Made by a program: the position numbers and the translations under genes. Positions 37,560-51,362 of a stretch of 64,000 nt of DNA are shown one piece after another; the first letter of the stretch is position 1, and every line of letters starts with the position of its first letter. The stretch is taken from the NCBI GenBank assembly GCA_951406725.2, contig OX597815.1, positions 36,270,001 through 36,334,000 of the forward strand, read 5' to 3'. Below the pieces are notes generated by a model. That model was not told where the DNA came from and did not search any database. It worked only from the letters and a program-made list of their open reading frames with translations. This DNA comes from Octopus vulgaris. Lineage: Eukaryota.

Positions 37560-38870
37560 CAATTGCTTTAGCACTAATACATTATTATGGATTAAATTCT
37601 TTGCCAAAACGACACTGTATTGCAGAGATGGAGGCAGGATTTATTTATTGGAACCTCAGAATGATCTTCCAAACATTAACAATGGTACACGTCAAAGAGA
37701 TCTATAAATGGGATGTGGTGAGGTTTGTTAGGGTCAATTAAATTCTCAGCAGGAAACAAGATCAATTGTTCATAACAGTGTTGCTCTCATCACTGACAGA
37801 CATTTTATACACTTGATAAATGGACATTGGTAACTGAGGACCTACTGACAGTAAGATTTGTCTCATACCGACAATCCATGTGGAAACCTCCATGAGACTG
37901 CTTGGCCCACAAGAAATATCAACTAAATCTCCTTCGAATTACACCTTACGGTTTTTTTTAAAAACAGAGTACACCGAACAGAATAGTCTGAGATACATGA
38001 TGCTTGAGAAAAAAAAGTTGAGTTGGTCATGGTCGTAATGCTTTGTTTATAGATCTACTTGATCAGAGCTGACTTGAGACTAAACAACAGAAACAAAGTA
38101 TACTCCTCATAATAAACATGTATGATATAGACAAGTACACCATTTTACAAAATCTGTTGGATAAAATACCATGTCATAACAACCCTAGTAGCACACTCTT
38201 ATGGCAAGAGAACTGATATAGGTGAATGTCTTGTGCAATATTGCACTATAAACAAAACAAAAATTTGGGAGAACACTGTTCACTCAGTGACTCACCTGGA
38301 CATCAAATGGTCACAAAACCAAAATGCAGATCAACCATATTGCTAAATATATGAGTGTATTATGGAGCAGTGTCTAGTGTATGTGTGCTGCAGAAAAGTT
38401 CATGATAAAGATCAAGATAGAGAAAAATAAGGAAACTATGTCTAATCTATTTGAAACCAGCAAATTGAAGCATGTCTTAATATAGGTCCAGTTCAAGATG
38501 TTCATGTGCAATAGATTCTTAATTCTTGCAGATCCAATATCAAGATAAATGGAGTAGTGGGATCAAATGAAAGATATCATGCCATCCAATAGAGAAGAAA
38601 TGCTAGGTTTTCAGAAATCATCAAAGCAGTCCAGGATCAATGGAAACTGACAATAACCAATATCAGATTGTAAAGATCTACATAGAAAAATAAAACTACA
38701 ATTCTTAACACTACAAATTTACATCTGGACTAGAGTGTAGCATTAAAATGCAGTGTCAATAATACCAGGCCAAATTAGTTGAACAGGTAGACTGAGGAGG
38801 CCAAGGACTCCAATGACAGCTGTCTACTGGACTGCAAAAAATGATTTCTGGGAAGTCCATTACGTCAAAT
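37560..38870 (+). pseudogene. Very old LINE remnant (RTE-like APE endonuclease pieces)
   Basis: YGKRTDIGECLVQYCTINKTKI and LTWTSNGHKTKMQINHI resemble G.RN.NGE.L..FC..N.L.I and TW.S......QIDHI; GRLRRPRTP near 38783; interrupted by an old repeat at 37890-38095. Confidence 0.45.
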
Positions 38871-40126
38871 TTTAATACTAATTAAAATAGAAGAGTAATT
38901 AAGGCACACGTAGCCCTTATAATTGTATTTTGAATGATAACACTTCACATCTTAATTTGTTCATTTAAAGTTAAAATTTTTTGGACATTTTCTTATTTTA
39001 GAACATAAAAAAAAAGGTTTTCATGCTATTAAGTTTCTCTATGGTGTTGTTTATATAACACCCGGTCAAATGTGATTGAGAAGACATTTGGTCAAAGGAT
39101 TCCCAGCCATCTCCCATGTCAGCTTTTGGGGAGAATATATAAAACTACATCCTTCCATTTTTAAGGTGGAATGTAATTTGAGCATCATTTGGCTGCTACT
39201 TAAGCAGGTCAACCAGTCATGAAGTGACTTCCCTCATCGAATTGTCTATAGAGTATAGATATAATAGATGCCTGAGGTAACTTATTAATATAAACTTTAT
39301 CTTAAGTATTGAGAGCTCTTTCCCTCTTGAAGCACACACATACACACACAAATACATATACTTACTCACCCTTACATAGACTTAGACACATACAGACTTT
39401 GCCACATTTAATCTCCTGGCCCAGAGACCCTGTAGCATCTCTCTTGTTTTACATTATTAATCTTCAAATGACAAAATTACTTTCTCCCAGTCATTATCTC
39501 CTAAACATCCCATCTCACATTTTCCCACCACATAATTCACTACATGTTTTATATATATGCTTTATTTTCCTCTTTCTATATTTCTCTCTACCTTGGTCAT
39601 ACACACAAACACAAATGCACACACAAACACATACACATCAATGAAAGTTTCTCAACATTTAATACTTAATAACATTGTGACTCACAGTTTTGTGTAAAGA
39701 AAATGTCATCCTTTATTTGGCCATTTATGTGAAGTGTTGGTTAGCCATTTGCTTTTAATATGTGTGGCTTAAATGCCTTTTTGGTTAGAAAAAGGCAAGT
39801 TTTCTGGGGAAAACTTTAAAACAAGCAATTAAAAAATGAGAATAAAATAAACATTTGTATATACTTTCTAAAACAAATTTTTTTTCCATCCTGTACAACA
39901 TATTTTTATTTACAGCATGAGACTTTTGATATTTTCTGTGAATCATGAGACCAGTATGCTACATATTTATAGAAATATAGAAGTGTGTATGTGTGTGTCT
40001 TTGACTGAAGTACACAGATTCACACACATGTGCAGAAGAAGGGAGAGATAGTGGTTAATATATAAACATGTACAAAACTGTTCAAGGTATATATGTATAT
40101 GCGTTAAGCACTTGCAGAGAGGGAGG

Positions 40127-40130
<4 letters not shown>

Positions 40131-40211
<81 letters not shown>
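40131..40211. repeat. (GA)n microsatellite
   Basis: Directly visible. Confidence 0.95.
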
Positions 40212-40213
<2 letters not shown>

Positions 40214-40789
40214 AAGGGAGATTTCCCCATCCATCTATGCTTTATATTTAAATAATTGACATGTAACATGCCAAAATAGCAGCTTTGCAAAACTAGTACA
40301 AAATTAGCCACACTGATGTATGAATGTATGCATGTGTGTGTATGTGTGATTACTTACACACACTGTGATGTAGGTATGCGTCTGTGTCTTTACACATATA
40401 GGTACACACATATATACAAGCAAACATTATTTCACCAATCTATGAAGCCACTTAGAAGTTTTAGTTTGTTCGTATATTTATACAACAAATCAGTGCACAT
40501 CTTTAGGGAATTGGGCAACAAAATAAATATGTTTGCTATTAGTTATTCAGTGGAGAAGGTGAAGTTTTAAGAGATTTCCTGCTTGGTAAGACTCATGTGG
40601 TTGAAGTTCAGCATAAACATTTGTAGACCAACAACTTATAGGAAAAACATGAGAATTTTCTGTGGTGATCCAATAAAACAAGGTCTCCATATTTGTATAT
40701 CATCATCATCATTTTATGAAACCTACCCACTCACACATATAAGAAGATGAGGAACAAATAAAGTACAACTTTATTATTCATTACAATTA

Positions 40790-41270
40790 AACAAATCAAA
40801 ATCGCTCACGTGGCCGATGACAGTACCGCTTGATTGGCACCTGTGCCAGTGGAACGTTAAAAGCACATCTGAGCGTGATTGTTGCCAGGGCCACGGATTG
40901 GCTCCTGTGCCGGTGATGCATGAAAAGCACCATTCGAGTGTGATTGTTGCCAGTATCGCCTTACCAGCACATGTGCCGGTGGCACGTGAAAAACAACATT
41001 CAAGCGTGGTTGTTGCCTGTGCCGCCAGACTGGCTCTCATGCAGGTAACACGTAAAAATACCTTTTGAGCACGGTCATTGCCAGAACCGCCTGACTGGCC
41101 CTCTTGCCGGCGGTACGTAAAAGCACCTACTACACTCTTCGAGTCATTGGCATTAGGAGGGGCATCCAGCTGTAGAAACTTTGCCAGATCAGATTGAGCC
41201 TGGTGCAGCCTCTGGTTCACCAGTCCTCAGTCAAACTGTCCAACCCATGCTAGCATGGAAAGCGGATTTA
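40790..41270 (+). mobile_element. RTE-tail module copy with about 5 hairpin units, (TGA)n tail absent
   Basis: Repeated gtgcc.gtgg.ac gt.aaaagcac units, ggcattaggagggcatcc, cccatgctagcatggaaagcgga. Confidence 0.85.
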
Positions 41271-42744
41271 AGGCCTTCCAATTCTAGATTTTGCTTCTAT
41301 GTTTGGAATTTCTTCTAAAATTAAATTCTGCAGCAGATTCAGGTATAAAAATTAAGTCACAAGCATACGAAAGTTACCATGGACAGTTGATTTTAAACTC
41401 TTCTGTTATAGTCTGGAAAGCTATAATAATAATCATGAGTATGATAAGATGAGGAAGGCATGATCCAGAGAGGAATGGACAGTGTGCTATGACCAGTGGT
41501 GATGAAAAGATGACCGCCAACAGTCTGGGTAATCCAAGTGATCATAAGAACTGATAGATACTTGCATGTTAAATTCCAACTGAATTTGTTAACCCTTAAC
41601 TTGTTGATAGTATCTCCATACATAGCTTTCACTGTACTCATAAGCCAATTATTTATACAATGTTTTGAGGTGAGAGAACAGTAAATTGTTTCAATCCTTG
41701 GTTGGTACTTATTTTATTGGTTCCAGAAAGATGAAAAGGAAAATGAATCTTGGAAAGATTTGAACAATATAAAGGATATAACTATATGCTGCAGGTTATT
41801 CTGACATGTTTTACTTTATCCAGATATAATTAGAAATCCAAATATTCTTGTGTTGAGCTCATAGCTTCTTTCCTTGTATCATTACAATACAAATGTTAAG
41901 TGCAATTGTAATAAACTTTATTTTAAGTTGTGGTTATTTTTAGGCTATTATTATTGCATTTTAGTGCGCTTTGGCTACATTTTGTACGCTGGCTATGTGT
42001 TGTTGCATATTTTGTGGAAAATCAGGTAGTTTCACTATATATATGTAGCAGTATTGTTATTAGAAGTGTGAATTGTAATAATTATAATGATGGTTGTTTC
42101 AGTTTTCTGTGTTAAATTTTATTGTTATCTTGAGATTTTGATGATTGTATTGTCTGCTTGTTTGTTAAGTTTTGTGCTGGGATGCTGCTTTCAGTTGGAT
42201 GTTCAAGATGTCTGTATTGTACAAAGTCAATGACTTATTGATCTGGCTTTTAAAAAAATTTTTGTATTGACCAATATTCCAGCTGTAACTATATTATCTT
42301 TTTATCTCTCATATTGTTTGTAGGGGTGAATTTTTTAATGTTTTCCTTATGTTTGGAAATGAAAAGGGGCTGTTTGAAAGAAACCTGAAAGAAGTCTAGC
42401 AGACTGAGAGACTGTATAGAAGGACCTTAGCTTTTCAATAATTCAGTCTCATATTTTGATGTGTAAGATAACATGTCAATGAAACCATGTTAAATGTTGT
42501 AAAGAGTATAATGCAACAGTAAAGGCAAGCTTCACTGGATATAGCAGCTACGGTATGTTGAGAAGGACGGCAGCCATTGCATATTGCATATTTTTGTAGT
42601 TAATTTGGTTCTTACATGATAAAAGGTGGTAGGCATAGAAAGATAACGATTTAATCAGTGCACTATAACTTTAGCACTCTAGGATTTGTGACACATAATT
42701 GGAGCATGTGTGACAAAATGATACCATCACTATTTTTGCTGTTG

Positions 42745-43092
42745 GATTTGAGTGTGATCATTACCAGCGTCACCTTACTGACACTTGTGCTGGTGGCACA
42801 TGAACAAAACATTCGAGCAGTGCCACTGTACTGACTCCTGTGCAGGTGGCACGTAAAAAAAACCACCATTTGAGCGTGGCCATTGCCAGTACTGTCTGAC
42901 TGGCCCTCATGCCAGTGGCACGTAAAAGCACCCACTATACTCTCAGAGTGGTTGGTGTTAGGAAGGGCATCAAGCTGTAGAAACTCTGCCAGAACAGATT
43001 GGAGCCTGGTGCAGCCATCTGGTTCGCTAGTCCTCAGTCAAATCATCCAACCCATGGAAAGTGGATGCTAAATGATGATGATGCTGATGATG
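42745..43092 (+). mobile_element. RTE-tail module copy (3 units)
   Basis: Same module with (TGA)n tail. Confidence 0.85.
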
Positions 43093-43154
43093 ATTGATAA
43101 AATAGGTAAAATAGGATTTTAAAATGGGGTGTATTATTATTATTATTATTACTA

Positions 43155-43355
43155 ATGTGGTGAGCTTGTAGAATCATTTGCATGTCAGGTAAAAATGCTT
43201 AATTGCTTTCTCCTGGCTTTTTACATTCTCAGTTCAAATTCCATCAAGGTCAACTTAACTTTCATCCTTTTGGGGTTGATAAAACAAGTATCAGTTGAGT
43301 ATGGGGGGGGGGGGGATGTAATCAACTTCACCCTCCCACTAAATTTGCTGACCTT
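43155..43355 (+). mobile_element. Old Meta-like SINE copy
   Basis: gtggtgagcttgtagaatc...agttcaaattcc..aaggtcaactt..ctttcatccttttggggttgataaaa; similar decayed copies near 90, 2200, 9790, 32830, 41690, 53400, 56160, 60130 and 60680. Confidence 0.7.
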
Positions 43356-43534
43356 GTGCCATCCGTCTGTATGTTGATCTCTTTATTTTCATATCCACAT
43401 GCTTACATACATGTGCATATACACATATATACCCAAACACACACACACACACACACATACATCTATCTACATAACAGCCCACTAACTATTCTACTCTACC
43501 TGTGTAAACTGTGGGTATGGAGGTATGATATCTA

Positions 43535-45088
43535 CTATGTATATTTCCTATTTAGTATTGGGGAGGTTTCATTTATAAGGATATACTCCCGTATTTGTCT
43601 GAGTGTTGGGTCTTTTGGGTGCTTGGATAAGATGCGGATGTCAAGTTGACCCAAGTTGCCTCCATGGTGGTCTTTGGCATGTTGGTAGAGTTTGGAGGAC
43701 TGTTTTTTGTCGTCATATTGTCTCATGTTCATTTAGCCGTTCTGCAATGCTCTTAGATGTCTCCTCCATGTATGTCATGTTGATGTCTTTAAAAGCACCG
43801 TCTATGCATCTTATGCTGTAAACTACATTTCAAGTTCTACAGTTAATGCCAGGGCTAATCCTACATACCATGCAGTTATTATTGGTGCATATGGTATATT
43901 CTCAAAGGGGTACGTCCTACATAGTTGTGATCTGACAGAGTTCCATAGCTTTTCAACAATCTTAATGTTGAATTTGGTCTCCTTCGGAGCTTTTCTAAAT
44001 CTACAGGCTAGTTCTCCATGGGCTGTGACTTCTACAAACATCACTCCTTGATATTTATCGGTTTTATACATGTTCACCCTGTTTGCTTTGTCACAAGTTC
44101 TTTGTATCCTATTCCATTCTTTGTTTCTATATCTAGGACAGGTACCATTGATATCATTACATATAATGTTGTCTAATTTCTTTCTAGCCCCCCTGTATAC
44201 TCGAACCCTATCTTTCTGATCATTTCCAGAGAACTGCATGAAGTTCTGTATATGCTTTTTCGTTTCATAGGGTTCGCATAGTGAGGACACATTGTTCATT
44301 ATTCTAAGTCTGCTATCAGTATGTTAATTTTCATGTTGTGTGACAAAGCTGAGTTCTTGTGAACAACATATTTTGAAGTTACGGGTTTCATGTAATAGGA
44401 ATGGAGGAGCTGCACTCTATTGTTCACAGTCTCTAACCAAATTTCAGTATCAAGTACAGGGAGTCTATTGTTGGGGTGCTTAGTGGGGTAATCTATAGTT
44501 ACTTTGATACTTTGGTGGATGGAGTTAGCTATTTGCTGGATGCTCTCCATTACGTTCTTCTCAGTTTCTACATTACCGTCACTAGAGTTGGTCCTTACTA
44601 TTATATTAATGTCATCTACATATCTACTGTAGAGTAGTGAACTGTTCTGCTAACATTTGTTTAAGTTTTCTGTCCCACCAGGTCATGAAGAGGCCAGTCA
44701 CATCTCCAGCTACACCAACACCGATGGCTGCACCTTGAACCTGCATGTATAGTCTTTTGTTAAACTTTACTATGAGGGTTCTTCAAGGTGGTTTTTACAC
44801 TGGCCTCTATTGCATGTGCAATCATTTCTTTCACCTGATTGTTGTTCTCAGGGTTTTGGGTGGGTGCAGTCCAGCCACTCCAGCACTCTGTGGTGCTTTT
44901 TTTCACTGCTGAAATGATGGTGAGTTGTCTTCCCCTCTGTGACCTGGTGGGGCAGAATCTACTGAGGTCATGGTCATTTAAATAGTTACTGTCATAGCAT
45001 AGTCTGAGGAGGAGGCCCAGTTCCCTCGTGTTGACCTTATGGAATTTCACCTCACTCTCAAAGATTACCTGAATGCATTTCTCCACAG
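43535..45088 (-). pseudogene. Penelope-like retroelement (RT, Cys linker, C-terminal GIY-YIG), 5'-truncated and frameshifted
   Basis: YMQVQGAAIGVGVAGDV, YSRYVDDINI (YVDD at 44611-44622), LPVLDTEI, YMKP, linker CTNNNCMVC-x7-C, VVYSIRC...YMEETSKSIAERLNEH, HAKDHH, RQIRE...PILN. Confidence 0.9.
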
Positions 45089-46992
45089 AAAAATAGTGTG
45101 TTAAATTATAAGGATAAAAAAGAAAATGACTCTCCCCAGACACAATAGAGTATGCTTCAACACACAAACTCACATTAAGAGTCTAGCAAACCAAATCCAA
45201 AAACGAAATATAATTCTCTTGTTTAATTACACTAGAAATACATATTTGTTTTTCAGGTTGTCTAAGCAGTAGTGTGAATTTTGTAAAGCCTTAAACTATA
45301 TCTAAAAAAAACCCCAGGGAACACCTAGATACTCTTTGCAGTACATCAATGCACTATGGTGCACCATTTCAGGATCACTGCTTTAAGCAATGGCAGAACT
45401 GCCTTCATGTATTGTGAATACACCAACCAAAAAGACACCCTTTGTTTTACTTCTTTTACAAGCCACATGCCAATACTCTTGTGAATGAAGGACTTCCTAA
45501 CATCAGTGGAAGGGGTAGGATGAGTGAGCTTCATAGCTTCAAGGTCATTCTGACATCCCATTCGCTAATTGTGAGGTGGAAATAAAGAAATGAAGAATAA
45601 CAGTAGTAAGCAAAGCTGTCTCTCACCAAAGAGAACTTCTCTAAAAACAGTCCTGTTATACTTAGTATGAGCGATTGTGGCTTGAACCAGAATTTTTAAC
45701 ATATTTCCCCTTTCAAGTAATTTTTATATCTTTTGTCTCTGTCTCTCTGTTACGCATGCACGCATGTACACATGAGTGCATGTGAATACAGATACTGTAT
45801 AGAGCATGCAAATCAAATATTCACCAAGGCAACATTGGAGGACCAAAAATTCCATGTGAAATGCAGTAGGATTTGGAAAGATAGTGGTGTTTGTATGTTT
45901 ACAGTATATATATCAACTTGTAAGCTGGAAAATACGGTACACATATTACGTACACAATTATAGTTCAAAGACTGTATATTAATATTTCTTCATGTTTGAG
46001 TGCATTTATGGAGACAGATACACATAAGCATATATATCTATAACAAAATAGGAAATTTTTCTGGAAGTCACAATGAAATAAAAAAAAAATTTAATTATAT
46101 AGTTTTACAATTGATGTAAATTAACAAGCGTACAAATCTGACTTATATCTACATCTTCTATTCACTTAATACCCATGAACAAATGATACAGAATGTATAC
46201 TATAATTGAAAATACATTCATGCAATATTTCTGGGGTGTGTTGAAAGTAGAAGGTACTGAGGTGAAAGATAATGAAGTCTTTTGGAAATATATACATATA
46301 TATATTTGAGTGGAAATATATATACAGATGTCAATATGTGTGTAGGTACATAGATTGTCTAGTGTCTGGAGTATTTTACAATTAATAATTACCAAAATCT
46401 GTATGAGAGTCTATAATTCTAGCTACATAGTAATTGCATACAGACAAAATCAACAAGAAACCATAATAATAATAATAATAATAATGTAATGAGTCATGTA
46501 CTAAGTAGAGAGAATGACAGAAAGTTAGGAGAAATTTCTACCAATTAATTATGCAACGAAACATCTGGATGTCATTTGGTCTTTTAAAAGAAACTTAATT
46601 GCTCTCCTAACATTTTTCTTAAAATCCTAAATGGTTATTTTTAAGTTGAGAAAAAAAAAAAAAAATCCCAAAAAACCCCACTTCACAGTGATAGGGAGAT
46701 AGAAGAGAGAGAGAGAAAGAGAGGAGGAGATTCAGAGAAAGCCAGAGGAGAGAGAATAAATCCACAAACATTTGCTACTTCCTGCTCATTAAATTCTCTT
46801 TCATCTCCAGGAATCTATATGTAGACACCATTTGTTTTTGTTGTTGTAGCTGTTGTCAGATATTCTTGGTTTTATACATGTATGCATGCATGCACACACA
46901 CACACACACACACTGGCTAAAATAAAGAAGGTAAGGCAATTGTTTTCTTCATTCTTTCCCTTAATATTTCTAGTCATATCTCACTGTAGCCA

Positions 46993-47029
<37 letters not shown>

Positions 47030-49479
47030 AACCCTAAAAAAAGATGGTATAGTTCTGGCTGGAATGCTTTTGATTACGTCTGATCTTCTCAATCAGGCTA
47101 GACAACAACAGCTCTCTCTTCTCACCATGACCTTGTATTATCAGATAATGTTCCTTTCTTCTACATTTGCATGGGGTTAGGATATACCAATTGATTCAGT
47201 ATCAATCAGATGTTGACCCTCTATAAAGCTAAAGTTAAGACAGATTACAGTACTGCACACACATAACCTTACAAAGTTGCTCAAATGCAAATGTAGCTAT
47301 AAATAATACATCATAATAAACAAGATAAAATCCCCTTAGATGAAAAGAAATGCAGGCAAAACCAGCCACAGAAACTGAATCACACATCTGCCACAGACAG
47401 AATGGTAATAGTGGTAACATTGCCATCCTGTCTGTTACCACTATACCAGAGAGACTTGCAAGCTTTTAGCTATGAAATTAGAAGCTATAATCTTACAAGA
47501 TAGAAAAGAAATTTGATTGCTTTTTAGATTGTACTTCAAAGCATTAAAAATATTAAAAAATGGGTCTTTTTAAGAAGTTTCTCAAATGAAAATGTAGCCA
47601 TAAAAAAGGCCCATAAGGTTTGAGATAAAAAACTCTTTAGGTGAAAGAAAGTATGTACAATCACCCACAGAAACCAAACTACATGTCTGCAGTAGATTGA
47701 ATGGTTGTATGCATACATTCATTTACATACATATGGGATGAAGTTACTGATGTTACACAAAAAGCTTACATCTTTAGTTGGCAGATGAGATATGAGGCTG
47801 CTTCTCTGCCACTTCTCTTACAATCACAATAGCCTCCACTTTTCTGAACAAGCAAGCTGTATACTTTCTCCACTCTCAACCTGACTTTTCCTTTTGTCAC
47901 CCTCATCATGTCTCATCACACAGGCACTGCACAAAACATTTTTCATAGTCTGTCCTCCTCAGTATTGCAGTCCTCTGGAATTCAGGTCCACTCATGCTTA
48001 TGCCACATTTTAAATGAAACCATATCATCTACTTCTATTGCATGCTCATATCAAATCATGTTTCTGTATTCACAAGCTGATGGAACCTTATAAAAGCCAA
48101 TTCTCCCTTAAATCACACCCTACTGTTTTGAAAATGAAAAGGTACATTGGCAAGTGTAGTCCTATGTCTAAGAAATTAAGCAGACTAAAGCAAAACACAC
48201 CAATATTTAATTTCTTGGCTTTTTGTTTGCTTTTTTCATACCTTCCATAAGTTAGTTCCTCAAAACAACCATACTCAACTCACTGTAGATCCTGCCTCAT
48301 TCCTATTCAAATTTCAGTGGATTCATCATCAAATTTCCCTCACATCATATTCTTCAATCATTTGAAAATGGAAGGATATATCAATAATGTAGTCTTGAGA
48401 TAAACCATGTTGTAACCAGAATACTTTTGATCATAGGTCTGCTCAGTCAGACACAATCTAGATGCAAGGCTAAGTACATTGTTCAAACCGCTCACTCCAG
48501 AATAACAAACCACTGCAAGTTCTCTTTACTGTTATGAACTTGCAGCAATTCAAATAATAAAATCTAGTTGTGTAAGTAAATGAAGAATCTCTGTGCAGAT
48601 GGTTGATCTACTAGAAACAGCAAACAGCATTTCCTCTAATCACACCTAATCATCTTAAAGAAGGACCACATTAGACAATATAGCAATAGATATACATAAA
48701 TGATAAGATTGTCATGGCTAGAATGCCTTCAAATATAGAGATGACTTACAACAAAGCAATAGCCAGGCTATTTATGATGCCTATCTATCATAGTCAAAAG
48801 TTATGGGCAGTGACCCTTTGGTTAAGATTTATAAACATTTAAAAGAATGTAAATTACATCTCTGAAACAGATCTTTTGAAATCAAAATTATTTAACAAAG
48901 CAAAAATTATCTATTCAAGAATGGAACAAAAGAAATAAAGAAAGACTATATAACTAAATAGGCTGCATAAATTTCTAGTATACCCTAATGAAATTAAATA
49001 GAAATAATTAAGTAGAGACAGATACACTAACGTGTGTGTGTGTGAGTGAGTGAGTGAGAGTACCTAGAAGATCCCTTTGATAACTGTTACAGCAGCCAAA
49101 CTGATTACTTTCACCCATGTCAGTTGAGAAATATACAAGTTAACCTAACAATAATGATAATGGTCATGGCTTAGTGCAATATTAATACAAGTTGAAAGCA
49201 AACATTAGAAAAAGAAACTATGCAGTGAAAAATACAGCAGGTAAGAAATATGAATGAGTGAAGTTCCCATAAACAGCAGAAGCAAGACAATGAGTTCTTA
49301 AGTAGATCTAGTAATACAATCATAGACAAATGTAACCATATCCTCTCATTGTTATAAGTCTAAAAGATAACCTAGTTTTTCAGTTGATAATCTAAAACCA
49401 GGGGTTGGGGAGAAAATAGGTAGCCTTCAGACACACCAACAATAAACGAGTAGAATACTTCCACAAGATTTAACTCACA

Positions 49480-50580
49480 ACAATACAAGGAAGGAACTGA
49501 GAAATGTTATTCATCTACAGACATAGAATATGCAGTTTCTATTAAACTGTCAATAGAGACCTGCTCTCTTAGGTCAGATATCCATGCTCACTTGCTCTTT
49601 ACAACTTCAGCAAAACCTATGTTGTTGTATTTGACATCAGCAGAGCCTTCAGCTGTCTGATATAGGAGCCTCCTAAATTGCTTACCCACCAATCAGACTA
49701 TGAGTGTTGATGGGTTCACTATGACCCACAGTCTATGAAAAACTTGTGTACTTAAAGCTTGGTTACATCTCCCAGATTTTTCTAAATTAAAAACATATCC
49801 TGGTATACACACTCCTATGCTCTTTCAAGATGATACAACTCTTAACTTTTGAGCCTTCTACACACGGCTGTCATCCTCACATAAACTAGGAACCTTATGC
49901 CAGATTTTACACTTCTTAAGACAAACAGAGACTTTAACCCTTTAGTGTTCAGATTATTCAATCGAACATAATGCCTATTGATTCCCATTGATTTGAATTA
50001 ATCATGCATTATCTCATATCTTCAAGAGCTTGATGGTGTAATTACTTAATATAGAATAACATTGTAGGATAGGTGTGAGAGCCTGGATCTGATCAGTTTG
50101 AACATAAAACAGATTAAATATTTTGGCCGGATATGGCCGGTTTAAATACTAAAGGGTTAAAGATGTTGTCAGAGGGGCCAGAGTAACCATTATTTTTTTC
50201 AACGGTAGACACAGTAACTACACATATGAAAGAAACAGAGTAGCACAGTATAACAGTCTTGTCTCTGTACAAAGACAACACAGCCTAAAACCTTTAAAGC
50301 TGCTATAAATGATAGACCTTATAATCCCTGATGATTTCATGTTATGATTACACACACACACACACACACAATGCTGCGAAGTCTGTGTCTAAAAGTCTAG
50401 GCTTCTTTGGAGCCAGCAAACACTTAATCTTTGACCAATTGCTAACCATCTATAAAATAAGTGTGACTCACGTTAAAGTACTACTCGTATATCTAAAATA
50501 TGTGGATATGATAGACTACATAAAATATATTTGGCTCATTAGCAAATATTCACTCACCAACATGCAACAACCAGTGCTTT
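49480..50580 (+). pseudogene. Ancient Jockey/L2-group LINE RT remnant, split by a MITE
   Basis: SKTYVVVFDISRAFS (resembles ALDISKAFD) at ~49610; AAKSVSKSLGFFGASKHLIFDQLLTIYK at ~50373; appears to be the same group as 22300-23090. Confidence 0.55.
49938..50156. mobile_element. piggyBac-type MITE
   Basis: TTAA|ccctttagtgttcaga...tttaaatactaaaggg|TTAA. Confidence 0.9.
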
Positions 50581-50989
50581 ACTACTACTACTACTACTAC
50601 TACTACTAACACCACCATCACTACCACCAAGACTAAATTTAGATTGCTACTTATATTATGGAAATTTGGAAATTTTGTTCATGTGTCTTATGTATTTTTC
50701 TTGATTGCTAGATTTTTGCTCTGAATGAACAAATAACATCCTGTTGTAATCTTAATAGTTTAATAACCAGTCCTTTAATCCTAGTGTACACATTTTTAAT
50801 CCTAATTCACCAACATAATTTTCCCATTGTGTGTCATTTACCCCTTCCTCCTACTCACAACAGACCTATTTAAAACACTTTGCAAACATTTTATCCCCCA
50901 CCGACAATAACATCAAACCACCTTCCTCCTCTTATTACTCTTACGCATACAACTAAATCATCTCCTCCTCCTCATAATGATGATGATGA

Positions 50990-51290
50990 TGATGGATTCT
51001 CCTTTCGAAGATGACATATGAGCATTCAGCTTTTTACAGGGGGGGGGGGGAAACAACCTGCACAGATGATTTGTTGATAGTGATCAAATGTATGTGCCAT
51101 AAATTAGCTCATTCCTTCCATCAAACTGATGTTAGCTGAACAGGTGCACGATGTACCACGCATCAGGTGTTGAAGTGATTGTATAGCAATGTGAGATGAA
51201 GAGTTTTGCTTAAGAAGACAACACACCACCTGTTCTAGGAATTGAAATCACAATCACTAGATCTTGAGTGCAACACCCCAACCACTAGGC
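50990..51290 (-). mobile_element. Old tRNA-derived SINE
   Basis: Minus strand gcctagtggttggggtgttgcactc...gatttcaattcc...ttaagcaaaac; head related to 34615 and 52495. Confidence 0.6.
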
Positions 51291-51312
51291 AATAATAATA
51301 ATAATAACAATG

Positions 51313-51353
<41 letters not shown>

Positions 51354-51362
51354 TTCAAATAA

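Noticed and set aside
40790-41130. CRISPR-like alternation of conserved motif and variable linker
   Set aside because: Linkers are homologous to each other, the array lies within an RTE 3' UTR in animal DNA, and there are no cas genes
43831-43833. In-frame TGA in the Penelope Cys linker (CRT*NVVY) as possible selenocysteine
   Set aside because: The copy is full of frameshifts and stops, CGA-to-TGA decay is simpler, and no SECIS was seen
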